Assembly (NCBI GenBank): GCA_938091905.1
Contig: CALKOM010000141.1
Span: 1-29,477, forward strand
From: an uncultured Verrucomicrobiales bacterium
GTDB taxonomy: Bacteria > Verrucomicrobiota > Verrucomicrobiia > Verrucomicrobiales > DEV007
Length of the DNA stretch: 29,477 nucleotides
Reading direction: 5' to 3'
Shown: positions 17,375-27,115 of the stretch, piece by piece
Numbering within the stretch: the first letter of the stretch is position 1
Layout of the letters: each line of letters begins with the position of its first letter
Program-made: the position numbers and the translations under genes
Notes under the pieces: generated by a model
Databases searched by the model: none
What the model was told of the DNA's origin: nothing
The model's input: the letters and a program-made list of their open reading frames with translations, nothing else

Positions 17375-19234
17375 ATGGTCTTGCGCCTCGCAGCCTTTTT
17401 CTTCCTCACGGGGAGTTCGCTTTGTGGCGAGGAATGGTGGGCCTTCCAGCCTCTCGAAAAACCTCGCCTACGTCAGGTCGACGAAGTTGAAGCAATTGAT
17501 GCCCTGGTGAAGGCCGGACTGGCAACGCAGGACCTCCAACCGGCACGACCCGCAGATCCAGGCACGCTTATTAGGCGTCTACACTTCGATCTCACGGGCT
17601 TACCGCCGTCATTCGAAGCCATTGAAGCATTTCGTGAGGGTTTCTCGCTAACTAACTACACTTCCTTGGTCGATCGCTTGTTAGAATCGGCTCACTTCGG
17701 CGAACGCTGGGCCCGGCATTGGTTGGACGTGGTGCGCTTTGCAGAGACGAATGGTTACGAGCGTGACGCGGTGAAGCCCAACATCTGGAAATACCGAGAC
17801 TGGGTGGTGAAGGCATTCAATGAAGATCTGCCCTATGACGAATTTGTCAGGGCACAACTAGCGGGCGATGAGCAAGAGAATCGCACCGAGGCTTCCGTCA
17901 TCGCCACCGGCATGCTACGGCTGGGCACTTGGAATGATGAGCCGAATGACCCTCACGAATACAAATACGAGCGGTTGGAAGACATGGTCGATGTGGTCAG
18001 CACGGCCTTTCTTGGATTGACCGTCAAGTGTGCACGCTGTCATGACCACAAGTTTGATCCCATCCCGCAACGCGATTACTACCGCTTCGCCGCCGCCTTC
18101 TGGCCGGGTGCGATCGAGCCCAGAGACAGAAAACTCATGGGCGGACCGAATGCCGATGAACTGGGAATGAAAGACGTCTTCGGATGGACGGACATCCGCA
18201 CCGATCCACCAGACTTTCACCTTCTCATCAATGGCGATCTGCATCGGCCAGGCGACGTGGTGCAACCAGGCCATTTGTCGTTCGTGTCGACATTAGACAA
18301 GCCGCTTAAGAGCTCTCGATCCTCAGCTCGAGGAACCGATCGGCGTTTGCAAATGGCGGACTTCATCACCGATCCGAGCAACCCACTCACGGCGCGAGTG
18401 ATGGTGAACCGCGTTTGGCAACATCTGATCGGGCAAGGAATCGTAGGTACGCCCAATAACTTTGGTCTCAAGGCAGACTCACCGTCACATCCGGATTTGC
18501 TCGATTACTTGGCTGCGGATTTCATCGCGAGCGGATGGAAGGTGAAGCGGTTGATTCGGAAGATTGTCTTGTCACAAACTTACCAACAAGCGTCCGTGCA
18601 TCCGTTAGAAGATCAGCAATCGACCGTGGATTCGAGCAATCGCTGGCTTTGGAAAATGAATCGGCGTCGAGTGGATGCGGAGGTTCTGCGAGATCGCTTG
18701 CTCAGCGTCACTGGCGATCTCGACTTGCGAATGGGAGGTCCCAGTTTCTATCCGGTAATGGCACCGAAAGTGTTGGAAGGATTCTCGACAAAAGAGAAAG
18801 CTTGGAAGGCATCGCCAGCAAAGGAGCGGAAACGCCGCAGCCTTTACATGATGACCAAGCGTCATCTCTTGTCGCCGCTGATGACAGCCTTTGACTTTCC
18901 AAACACCGAACGGCCATGCGGAAAACGTGACGTGACCACGGTGGCACCGCAGGCTCTTTCGCTATTGAACAATACCTTCGTGCACGAGCAGAGTGAACGC
19001 TTGGCCAAAGACATGATGCAGGCGAGCGATGAAGTCGATGACCAGATTAAACTGGCTTGGCGACGCGTCTTGGGGCGTGACCCCAGTCCTCAAGAACGTC
19101 AATGGGCCAAGACCCATGTCGACCAACAGACAACGCATTTCACGGCGCGTTCAGCAGAGAATCCTGACTTTCTCGCCTTCGCATCCCTTTGTCACGGCTT
19201 GATCAATTCTAACGAATTCCTGTATGTCGACTAG
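17375..19234 (+). CDS. DUF1549/DUF1553 (PSCyt2/PSD1) domain protein
   Basis: WWAFQP, LIRRLHFDLTGLPP, GERWARHWLDVVRFAET, CARCHDHKFDP (CxxCH), NPLTARVMVNRVW and NSNEFLYVD. Confidence 0.95.
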   Translation: MVLRLAAFFFLTGSSLCGEEWWAFQPLEKPRLRQVDEVEAIDALVKAGLATQDLQPARPADPGTLIRRLHFDLTGLPPSFEAIEAFREGFSLTNYTSLVDRLLESAHFGERWARHWLDVVRFAETNGYERDAVKPNIWKYRDWVVKAFNEDLPYDEFVRAQLAGDEQENRTEASVIATGMLRLGTWNDEPNDPHEYKYERLEDMVDVVSTAFLGLTVKCARCHDHKFDPIPQRDYYRFAAAFWPGAIEPRDRKLMGGPNADELGMKDVFGWTDIRTDPPDFHLLINGDLHRPGDVVQPGHLSFVSTLDKPLKSSRSSARGTDRRLQMADFITDPSNPLTARVMVNRVWQHLIGQGIVGTPNNFGLKADSPSHPDLLDYLAADFIASGWKVKRLIRKIVLSQTYQQASVHPLEDQQSTVDSSNRWLWKMNRRRVDAEVLRDRLLSVTGDLDLRMGGPSFYPVMAPKVLEGFSTKEKAWKASPAKERKRRSLYMMTKRHLLSPLMTAFDFPNTERPCGKRDVTTVAPQALSLLNNTFVHEQSERLAKDMMQASDEVDDQIKLAWRRVLGRDPSPQERQWAKTHVDQQTTHFTARSAENPDFLAFASLCHGLINSNEFLYVD

Positions 19235-20672
19235 CTCCAGATTTCCATGTGGTCGCACCCGACGCGAGTTCGTTTGGGAGATGGGCGGCAGCTTTGCCGG
19301 CACCGCGTTGACGTCGTTGCTCGCGGGAAGCGGGTTCTTTGCCCGACATGGGCACGCAGCCACCAATCCGCTAGGCTCCAAGCCGTCCCATATCCGTCCC
19401 AAGGCGAAGAATTGCATCTTCCTCATGATGAATGGGGCGCCGAGCCAGGTGGACACCTTTGATTACAAGCCGGAACTGCAGAAGCATGCGGGGAAGCAGC
19501 TTCCTGCTGGCAAGAAATACATCAACTCGGGCGGGCGACGCGTTGGTTACCTCACGCCCAACTGGCGGCCCTTTCGCCCTGGTGGCCAGAGCGGATTGTT
19601 GATCTCGGATTACTTTCCCAAGGTGCGTGAACACGCGGACAAGCTTGCCGTGATTCGTTCTTGTCACGCTGATAGTCATGCCCATGGCTCCGCCTTGGTG
19701 CAGATGAATACGGGAATGCCGCTCATCGGCCGCCCATCGTTGGGAGCCTGGGTCGCCTATGGGTTAGGGAGTGATAACGATAGTCTTCCGGCTTACGTCG
19801 TCATGCTCGACAAACGCGGTGGTCCCATCAGTGGTCAACCAAACTGGTCCAGTGGCTTCATGCCCGGAACCTATCAGGGCACGCTCTTTCGACCGATAGG
19901 TGATCCGATCTTAGATTTGCGCGGTCCCAAGCACCTTGATCGGCGAGCTCAGCGGCGGCAGTTGGACTTTATTCAGCAACTCAACAGCCAGCATCTCGAA
20001 TCGCGGCCTGGCGGTCAGGAATTGGCTTCGAGAATCCAAAGCTATGAATTGGCGTATCGGATGCAAGCAGAGGCCCCGGAGGCGGTTGACCTCAATCAAG
20101 AATCCACGCAAACGTTAGAAAGCTATGGCGTTGGTCAGCAGCCCACCGATGAATTTGGCCGCAACTGTTTGGTCGCGCGCCGTCTTGTCGAACGCGGTGT
20201 CCGCTTTGTGCAACTCTACTCGGGTGGTGGTCATTTGGAAGAGACTTGGGATGCTCATGAATCGATCGAGAAGAATCATGGCCGACACGGTGCCGAAGTC
20301 GACCAACCAATCGCTGCTTTGTTAACCGATCTCGAACAGCGCGGCATGCTCGACGAGACGCTCGTCGTCTGGGGTGGTGAATTTGGCAGAATGCCCTTCA
20401 GCGAAGGCAAAGACGCACCCGGCAGAAATCACAATCCCTACGGCTTCAGCATGTGGATGGCCGGCGGCGGCGTGAAAGGCGGCATGGCCTATGGCGAGAC
20501 GGATGAGTTTGGCTTTGAAGCCGTGAAAGACAAGGTACACGTGCACGACATTCATGCCACGATCCTGTATCTGCTAGGCATCGATCACGAGCTGCTGACC
20601 TATTTCCATCAAGGCCGAAAGGAAAGCCTAACCGATGTTCACGGTCACGTTGTGAACGAAATCATTGCTTAA
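19224..20672 (+). CDS. DUF1501 domain protein, Tat-exported
   Basis: TRREF signal; GAPSQVDTFDYKP, ARRLVERGVRFVQ, WDAH, GEFGRMP and GRNHNP; overlaps the DUF1553 gene by 11 nt. Confidence 0.95.
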   Translation: MSTSSRFPCGRTRREFVWEMGGSFAGTALTSLLAGSGFFARHGHAATNPLGSKPSHIRPKAKNCIFLMMNGAPSQVDTFDYKPELQKHAGKQLPAGKKYINSGGRRVGYLTPNWRPFRPGGQSGLLISDYFPKVREHADKLAVIRSCHADSHAHGSALVQMNTGMPLIGRPSLGAWVAYGLGSDNDSLPAYVVMLDKRGGPISGQPNWSSGFMPGTYQGTLFRPIGDPILDLRGPKHLDRRAQRRQLDFIQQLNSQHLESRPGGQELASRIQSYELAYRMQAEAPEAVDLNQESTQTLESYGVGQQPTDEFGRNCLVARRLVERGVRFVQLYSGGGHLEETWDAHESIEKNHGRHGAEVDQPIAALLTDLEQRGMLDETLVVWGGEFGRMPFSEGKDAPGRNHNPYGFSMWMAGGGVKGGMAYGETDEFGFEAVKDKVHVHDIHATILYLLGIDHELLTYFHQGRKESLTDVHGHVVNEIIA

Positions 20673-20855
20673 CAGCTCACGGCAACTGGTGCTTTTCTGA
20701 ACCGCAGAGACCCCACGAAACCGGGCGCTTTCGTCAAGATGGTCGTCGCAGCCGTCAAGAAACGACTCAATGATAGCTACAGAATGTGCGGGGTAACATA
20801 ATGGCGCTGGATTCTTGACACGCGAAGCCTTACAAATTGAAGACAAGGTCGTGCG

Positions 20856-21587
20856 ATGGACATCTTGGGTTCGCCAGAATCGTACCATTTCCCCCCCTTG
20901 ACTTACCAACCTTTCCCCCAGACGCCTTGGACCATGGTGCTCGCCGCAAAAGAAGGCGAGGATCAGGCGTCTTCTGACGCATTGGAGCATTTGGCTCAGG
21001 CCTACTGGCAGCCGATCTTCGGGTTTCTCCGAGGGCGGGGAGCTTCCGAGGAGGAAGCTCGCGACCAAGCACAGGGTTTCTTCGCCTTCCTCTTGGAACG
21101 GGAGTTCCTCAAGAATATTGAGCCAGAGGGCGGGCGCTTTCGCAATTTCCTGCTCGTCTAGCTCCGCCGTTGGTTAAAGGACGAAGGCCAACGAGTGATC
21201 CAGGTCAAAAAGCGGTTGGAGATTCCCTGGGAAGAATGGCATGAGCAGGCGGCTGTGGGAGAGGCCGCTACTCCAGAGCAAGCCTTTGACCGCGTTTGGG
21301 CGCGAACACGCGTCGAGCGATCCATGGCCGCAGTGGAATTGAAGTGGGAAACACGACCAGCGCTCTTCGCCGCGCTACGCTTGACGGTGGAGAGTCCGGA
21401 AGCCGTGGAGAAATACGCCCTCATTGCCGAGCGCTTCGGGATGACTGAGGGTGCCGTGGGCAAAGCGGCCCATGATCATCGCCAGCAATTCGCTCAAAAG
21501 ATCCATCAAGGCATCCGAGACACCGTGGCGCAGGATGAAGATGTCGAAGGAGAGCTTCGCTACCTGGTGAGCCTCATGCAGAATTAA
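20856..21587 (+). pseudogene. ECF sigma-70 factor (kinase-associated type) with in-frame TAG at 21159..21161
   Basis: ORFs 20856..21161 and 21195..21587 share a frame: ...GRFRNFLLV*LRRWLKDE...PEQAFDRVWA...IAERFGMTEGAV. Region-2 and region-4 HTH features span about 243 codons. Confidence 0.88.
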
Positions 21588-21669
21588 GCCACACGCCGTC
21601 GTTTGTTGGTAAGAATGCCACTGAGTTCTCCTGCTTATCGTTGTGAACTGCCTTTCCTCCTAACTGCTC

Positions 21670-24600
21670 TTGAATCCTCCACTTCAACGGACCTGCCCAT
21701 CGTGTGGCGCGCAAGTGACAGCAGGCTCTCCCTGCACAGCCTGTGCTCTTGTTCGTGCTTTTGCCAGTTTGGGATTCGATGACTCGGAGCCAGTTCAATC
21801 GACCTTCTCTCCGATCGATCTCCCGTCCACCTTTGGCCACTATCGAGTGGAGCGCAAGATTGCCGGCGGGGGGGGGATGGGCATGGTCTACGAAGCCACG
21901 GACACACGTTTGGGACGGTCGGTGGCACTGAAGATGCTGCGACAGGTGTTCTTTGCCACGGAACTCGATCGCGTGCGTTTTCAAAAGGAAGCCGAGTTCA
22001 CATCGCTTCTTGATCATCCTTACATTGCCCCAGTTTATCATGTTGGCGAAGTGGACGGGCAGCCTTACTTTGCCATGAAGGTCATTCAAGGTGGCAATTT
22101 GGCCGATCATCTCGCTGAGAAATCCCTGCCAACGCGCGAAGCGGTGGCCTTGATGATCAAGGTAGCTTCCGCAGTGCATCATGCGCATCAGCGCGGCATC
22201 CTGCATCGGGACCTCAAGCCTGCTAACATCCTCCTCGATGAAGAGGGCGAACCGCGCCTAACGGATTTTGGATTGGCAACCTTGCAAGAGGTGGATGCGA
22301 GGCTCACACGGACGCAAGCTGTCGCGGGGACTCCGGAGTACATGTCTCCGGAGCAAGCTGCCGGACACCGTGAAGCCATCTCAACATCGACAGATGTGTG
22401 GTCCCTTGGCGTCGTGCTCTATCAGATGCTGACGGGGCAGATGCCTTATCAGGGTGAGAGTTCCGTGGCCGTGCTGCGGCAGGTGGAGGACGTTGAACCC
22501 ATCCAACCTCGCACCATCAAGTCGACCGTCGGTCGAGACTTGGAGACGCTTTGTCTACGCTGCCTGGAGAAGGATCCTGACGCGCGCCTGTCGAGTGCTG
22601 ATGAGTTGGCGGAAGAACTCGAACGTTGGCAGAGAGGCGAACCGATCATGGCGCGCCCTGTCAACGGCTGGGAGCGCCTGGTTAAATGGTGCCGCCGACA
22701 TCCTTATCGGGCAGCGGCGTTGTCTGCCTTTCTCTTTGTCATCGTGGCCGGGGCGTCTGGCATCACCTGGCAGTGGCGTCGAGCCACCCACAATGAACAA
22801 CTGACCCAAACCAGTGCCGAAATCGAGAAGCGGACGGCGTATTCAGCCACCCTGGCCCAGGCGCTGGCAGCTCGAGAGAACCATGAGTTTGGCATTGCCC
22901 GTCGACTGCTGGACGGCATCGATCCTGATCTTCGCGATTTCGATTGGCGACTCTTAAAAGGGCTTTGTCGTGGAGACGAAATCCATCAGTTCCAGCTCGG
23001 CAGTGACGAAGCTTCAGAGCCTCAGTGCTTAACGATCGAGCCTAACACGGGAGCTTACGCCATCATCTATGCCGATGGGTTTCTGCATCTGCGAGGAAGC
23101 GGAGGGAATGAACTGGCCCCGGCTCGGCGCCTGCCCGACTTGAAGGAGCTTGGGCACCGCTACTACGGGCTCACCTACTCACCAAATGGTCAACACTTCG
23201 CTTATGCCAACGACAACCTTTTACGAATCCTTGATGCCAATAGCATGCCTGTGCTTTACGAAGAAACGAGCGTGAGCCCTCAGTTTGATTGGCTCGATGA
23301 TCATCGGCTTCTCTACGGTTTTAATGGCAGTGCCAAGGCGCCTCCTTGGCCAGAAGCCGGTGCCTGGATCCTCGACTTTGAAGGAGCGGCCGCAGAGGAG
23401 AAGGTCCCACGGATCGCTTTCCCCGAAATGTGCGCCCCTCTAGCAGTCTCGCCAGACCGGCTCTTCTTCGTGCTGCATCGCGTCATTACTGATCCGTCCT
23501 CGTGGAAGCGTTCCCTGCATCGCTACCGCGTGGGTGAGGACTACTCGGAGATCCCATTTATCAGTTGCCTGGCAACGAGTATCCCGGAGAACTTCACCTC
23601 TCTCGGGATGGTGCGTTCCTTACCTTGTCAGCAGGTCGCGCCCAGAAGCGCAGCGCGCGAGTTCTTGATCTCGTGGCGGGACGCACGGTATTCGATCACC
23701 AGTTTCGCTTTCCCATTCACACCCTGGCGATGGACCAGGCTAACCAACTCCTCGGTCTGGTGGGTGATGATAGTGTGGTGCGTGTCTATGACATCGCGCG
23801 AGGAGCGCCTGATGGCGTCCTGGCAGAAATCTACGATGACGACGTAGCCGCAAAACTCTGCGAACGCATTGATGGGCGTGGTGCTCTGGGACCGCACCGC
23901 GATCTCGTCAACCGTTCCGCTCAGGACGGGAGAGCACGTTTCTACTCGGGGCATGAAGACCGCGTCTATGATCTCGCCTTCGACTGACCCAATACCCTTG
24001 TCACGACGAGTGGCGATGGATCGATTCGCCGATTGGGGCAGTCGGTCCCCCGCCCCGCCGTTCGCATTGGGCACCTTGAGAATCGGTATGATCGCTATCG
24101 TCCCACGGCTTCAACCGGTGGACGTCATCTCTTGTTCTATCGCGGCAAGACTCAGATCTGTGATGTTGCTAAATCGCGTGCTAGCCGGCGTCCGGCGAGA
24201 CACATCGTGGCCTTAAATCAATATCCCTTGGCCGTTCTCGCCGATGGCCGGGCCGTGACGATGGAGCATGAAACGGCGGATATCGTAGTGTGGGAACCGG
24301 GACACGAGTTGAACCGACTGGAGGAAGCCCTCCGCGTTCCTGGAAAAGTGCCCTTCACCCACCACAATCGCGATGAGCGGGCCAAGCTGTCGCGCGATGA
24401 GCAGCACCTGGTGGGTGTGCTAGCGGGACGCTTGTTCACGCTCGACTTGAATCGTCCCGAGCTCGGGATCACGTGGAGCAGCGACCTTGGCGCCAGTGTC
24501 GGCGCCTTTACCGATCACGATATTTCGCCAGATGGTCAATGGATCGCGTCCGCGGACTTTGGCGCCCGCGTGACCATTCATCGTTTCGAGGATCCCGGTG

Positions 24601-26075
24601 AAGTGGTGGCTCGGTTAGCGGGCCATCCGCGAAGTTACGACACGGCAGTCGCCTTCGGTCGTGAGGGGCGCCGTCTTTACATAGGGAATGAGGATGGGCG
24701 CGTTCGGGTGTGGGACGCCGCGACCTGGAGCGAGATTCCGGAGGAGGGCTTTGTCGCCCATCACAGTGCGATCACGGCGATCGCGGTCTCACATGAAGGG
24801 TCATTGATCGCCACCAGCCGCGGTTTTCGTTTGAAGCTCTTTCCCATCGAGCCGGAGCCAGGATAACGTTACCGGCGAGAACGCCTTTCCTTTTACCGTG
24901 AACAGCCGGCCAACTGGATTCAGTTTGCGCGAGATGCATCGGGGCGGGATCGGGCGTTGCTGCATGGGTCACCCGGTCGAACGATCGAGGTTTGGGAAGC
25001 GAACCCCATTGCAACACTGTCAGAAACAATCAATCCTGTTCAGGGCCATTTGCCCGAGGCGCTGGTTTACCAAGACGCGATTCGCCGAACAAACGGCAAG
25101 GTGCTCGGCGCTGGCGGCACACCAGACGCCAAGGAGACGGTGGCACTCTCGGCCTGTTACGAAATTGATCCTATCACTGAGGCGATTTCGGCAACCGGTT
25201 CGCTTGGCAGCCCACGCTGGGAAGCCGGTGGCTTGGTGATGTTGAACCACGGCGAGGTTCTGATTGCCGGAGGCGTGGGACCAGAGGACAACGCCCTAAC
25301 GAGTTGCGATCTTTACGACTCGGTCAAGAAGTCTTGGGCATGGACAGGAGCCATGGCGGTCGCTCGGCGCTCAGGGAGTCGCCTCTTGCTCGGCGACGGC
25401 CGCGTGCTGGCGGTGGGTGGTTGGGACGGTGAAGGGAATCTCCTCAACCAGTGCGAACTCTATGAACCAGATTCCCGGAGCTGGTCGAGAACGGGGAACC
25501 TCAATGTGGCCCGGAAGGGTGCCAGCTACCTCATGATGGCCGGTTACGCTGCCGTGGCGATCGGTGGTGAGGATCGCACTGGCCAATTTGCCCCACCGGA
25601 AGTCTTCGACCCGGCCAGGGAGCGATGGGAGATCGTTAGCTCACCAAAAGTCGCTCCGCTTGCCATGGGCTTACCTGGAAACGCCTTGCTAGTCGTGGGC
25701 GGGTTCGATCCCGAAGACATGGTGTTGGCGAGTTGCGAGCGCTACGATCTCGCCACAGACACTTGGACTCCAGCAGCTTCGCTTCCCCGGCCTCGCTTCG
25801 AGGCCTTGTCGCCTCACTCTGAAATCGTTCGGCTTCCTGACGGAAAGATCCTGATTGCTGGGGGAGCAGCTGGAAGCAAGTCTAGGGATGGCCATCCGAC
25901 ATCGGCTGCCATCCTCTACGATCCTGATGCCGACGCGTGGACGACGGCTCCGGCACTGCCCATTCCGCGCCGACGGCAATCGGCGATCGTCCTGGCCGAC
26001 GGACGCGTCCTTCTCGTCGCGGGTGAGGACGATCGTGGGCCTACCTCCCGCATCCAGATTTACGATCTCCGCTGA
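21670..26075 (+). pseudogene. Ser/Thr protein kinase-TM-WD40-Kelch fusion, disrupted (frameshift ~23550, TGA 23985, TAA 24864)
   Basis: Kinase motifs GGMGMVY, VALK, HRDLKPAN, DFG and GTPEYMSPEQ; TM AAALSAFLFVIVAGASGITW; WD40-like GHEDRVYDLAF and GNEDGRVRVWD; Kelch-like DGRVLAVGG and DGKILIAGG. ORFs at 23565, 24033 and 24957 are in one frame with plausible coding sequence across the stops. Confidence 0.85.
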
Positions 26076-26087
26076 ACTGGGGTCACT

Positions 26088-26632
26088 CTATTTCGAGGCT
26101 TCGCGAATCACCTGATCTAGATTCTCGTGCGATGATCGGATGCGTTGCTCTGTCATCTGAACGCCGCGTAGGCGTTCGCGCACAAGCTCTGGGTCAAGCC
26201 GTTTGGATTGCACCAGCGCAATCAAGAGATCGAGATCTTTGGGGCGACCGACCTGACACTTTGCCGCAGCAAGATCGTGTGGTTCCAAGCAACAGACGTT
26301 TGGGCAATCAGGCAAGGCAAGGCAACGCAACGATCACGCCACCCCTCGGGAAACTGTTCGAACATCTTCGGACGAATGACATCCGCATGATAACCGTGCC
26401 GAAGGTGGAAGCGCCGATCCTCGCTCAGCGCTTCGTGAACCATGATCCCCACATCTTCATCAAAGGGCTCGGGAATAATGTCAGCATCATAGGACGTGGA
26501 AAGGGGCTCCCCGGCTTCACCGAGCTCTGGATAAGTCCCTAACAGCGACGATGAACCGACGACGATAATCTGTCCCTCCCCCATGAGATCAAGGGTGGTG
26601 CGAACGACATGAATCAATGCTGATAGGCGCAT
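26088..26632 (-). pseudogene. DUF6036-like nucleotidyltransferase, frameshifted by an extra GGCAA unit at 26311..26325
   Basis: IIVVGSSSLL and SYDADI (GS plus DxD), FHLRHGYHAD and PEGWRDR, then in a second frame LEPHDLAAAK..GRPKD. Removing one 5-nt unit gives a 540-nt, 179-aa ORF. Confidence 0.82.
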
Positions 26633-26940
26633 CGGAAGCGATCGACTTCCTCTGAAGTGAGGATTCCGGGAAAAGGTGAGTAGGATTTGAGCTGACGAGT
26701 GGCTTCGGTGTCCGACCGGAGCAGATTCAGAAACTCCACCAGCGCGCCTTGAGATTGTTGCGCCGCTTCAATTCGAGTACGCCATTCTTCCAGCCGATGA
26801 ACGGCGTCCTGCCCATTCTCTCTCCACCGTTCGATGTTTGCCAGCGGGATCGATAAAAGAACGGGATCTGCCGCGATCTTGTCGGCGATCAACTGCCAGC
26901 GCGCCAATCGAAGCGCAGAGGGATCCATGGCGTGATTCAC
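26614..26940 (-). CDS. Small helical protein, putative partner/antitoxin of the nucleotidyltransferase
   Basis: 108 aa with IADKIAADP..NIERW..EEW..RQLKSYSPFPGILTSEE; overlaps the nucleotidyltransferase start by 19 nt. The role is inferred from gene arrangement. Confidence 0.7.
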   Translation of the reverse strand: MNHAMDPSALRLARWQLIADKIAADPVLLSIPLANIERWRENGQDAVHRLEEWRTRIEAAQQSQGALVEFLNLLRSDTEATRQLKSYSPFPGILTSEEVDRFRCAYQH

Positions 26941-27115
26941 AGTCCTTCTTTAGGACGAAACCATTCGAATTTCAAGACAGGCATCGTAGTTCTGCTATCA
27001 GCGGTCCTCGCGGCTGCCGGAGATTCTTTTTACAGAAAAACCTCCTTTCTCGTTAAAGATCTTCGCTGGTTCCCCTGCTTGTTGTCGAGAGCCTGGCTCT
27101 TAACTCCTTTCCCCC

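Noticed and set aside
20815..20845. TTGACA upstream of the ECF gene as a sigma-70 promoter
   Set aside because: No credible -10 hexamer at 16-18 bp spacing.
23565..23847. C-terminal ~95 aa of the 725-aa kinase ORF
   Set aside because: Out-of-frame tail after the frameshift; the WD40-like sequence continues in the 23565 frame.
3859..24866. Stop-codon reassignment (TGA 3859 falls where Trp is plausible; further in-frame TGAs at 4164, 4437 and 23985)
   Set aside because: In-frame TAA (4230, 24864), TAG (21159) and frameshifts also occur, TGA ends intact genes (601, 3244), and the long intact ORFs need no read-through. Decay explains this better.
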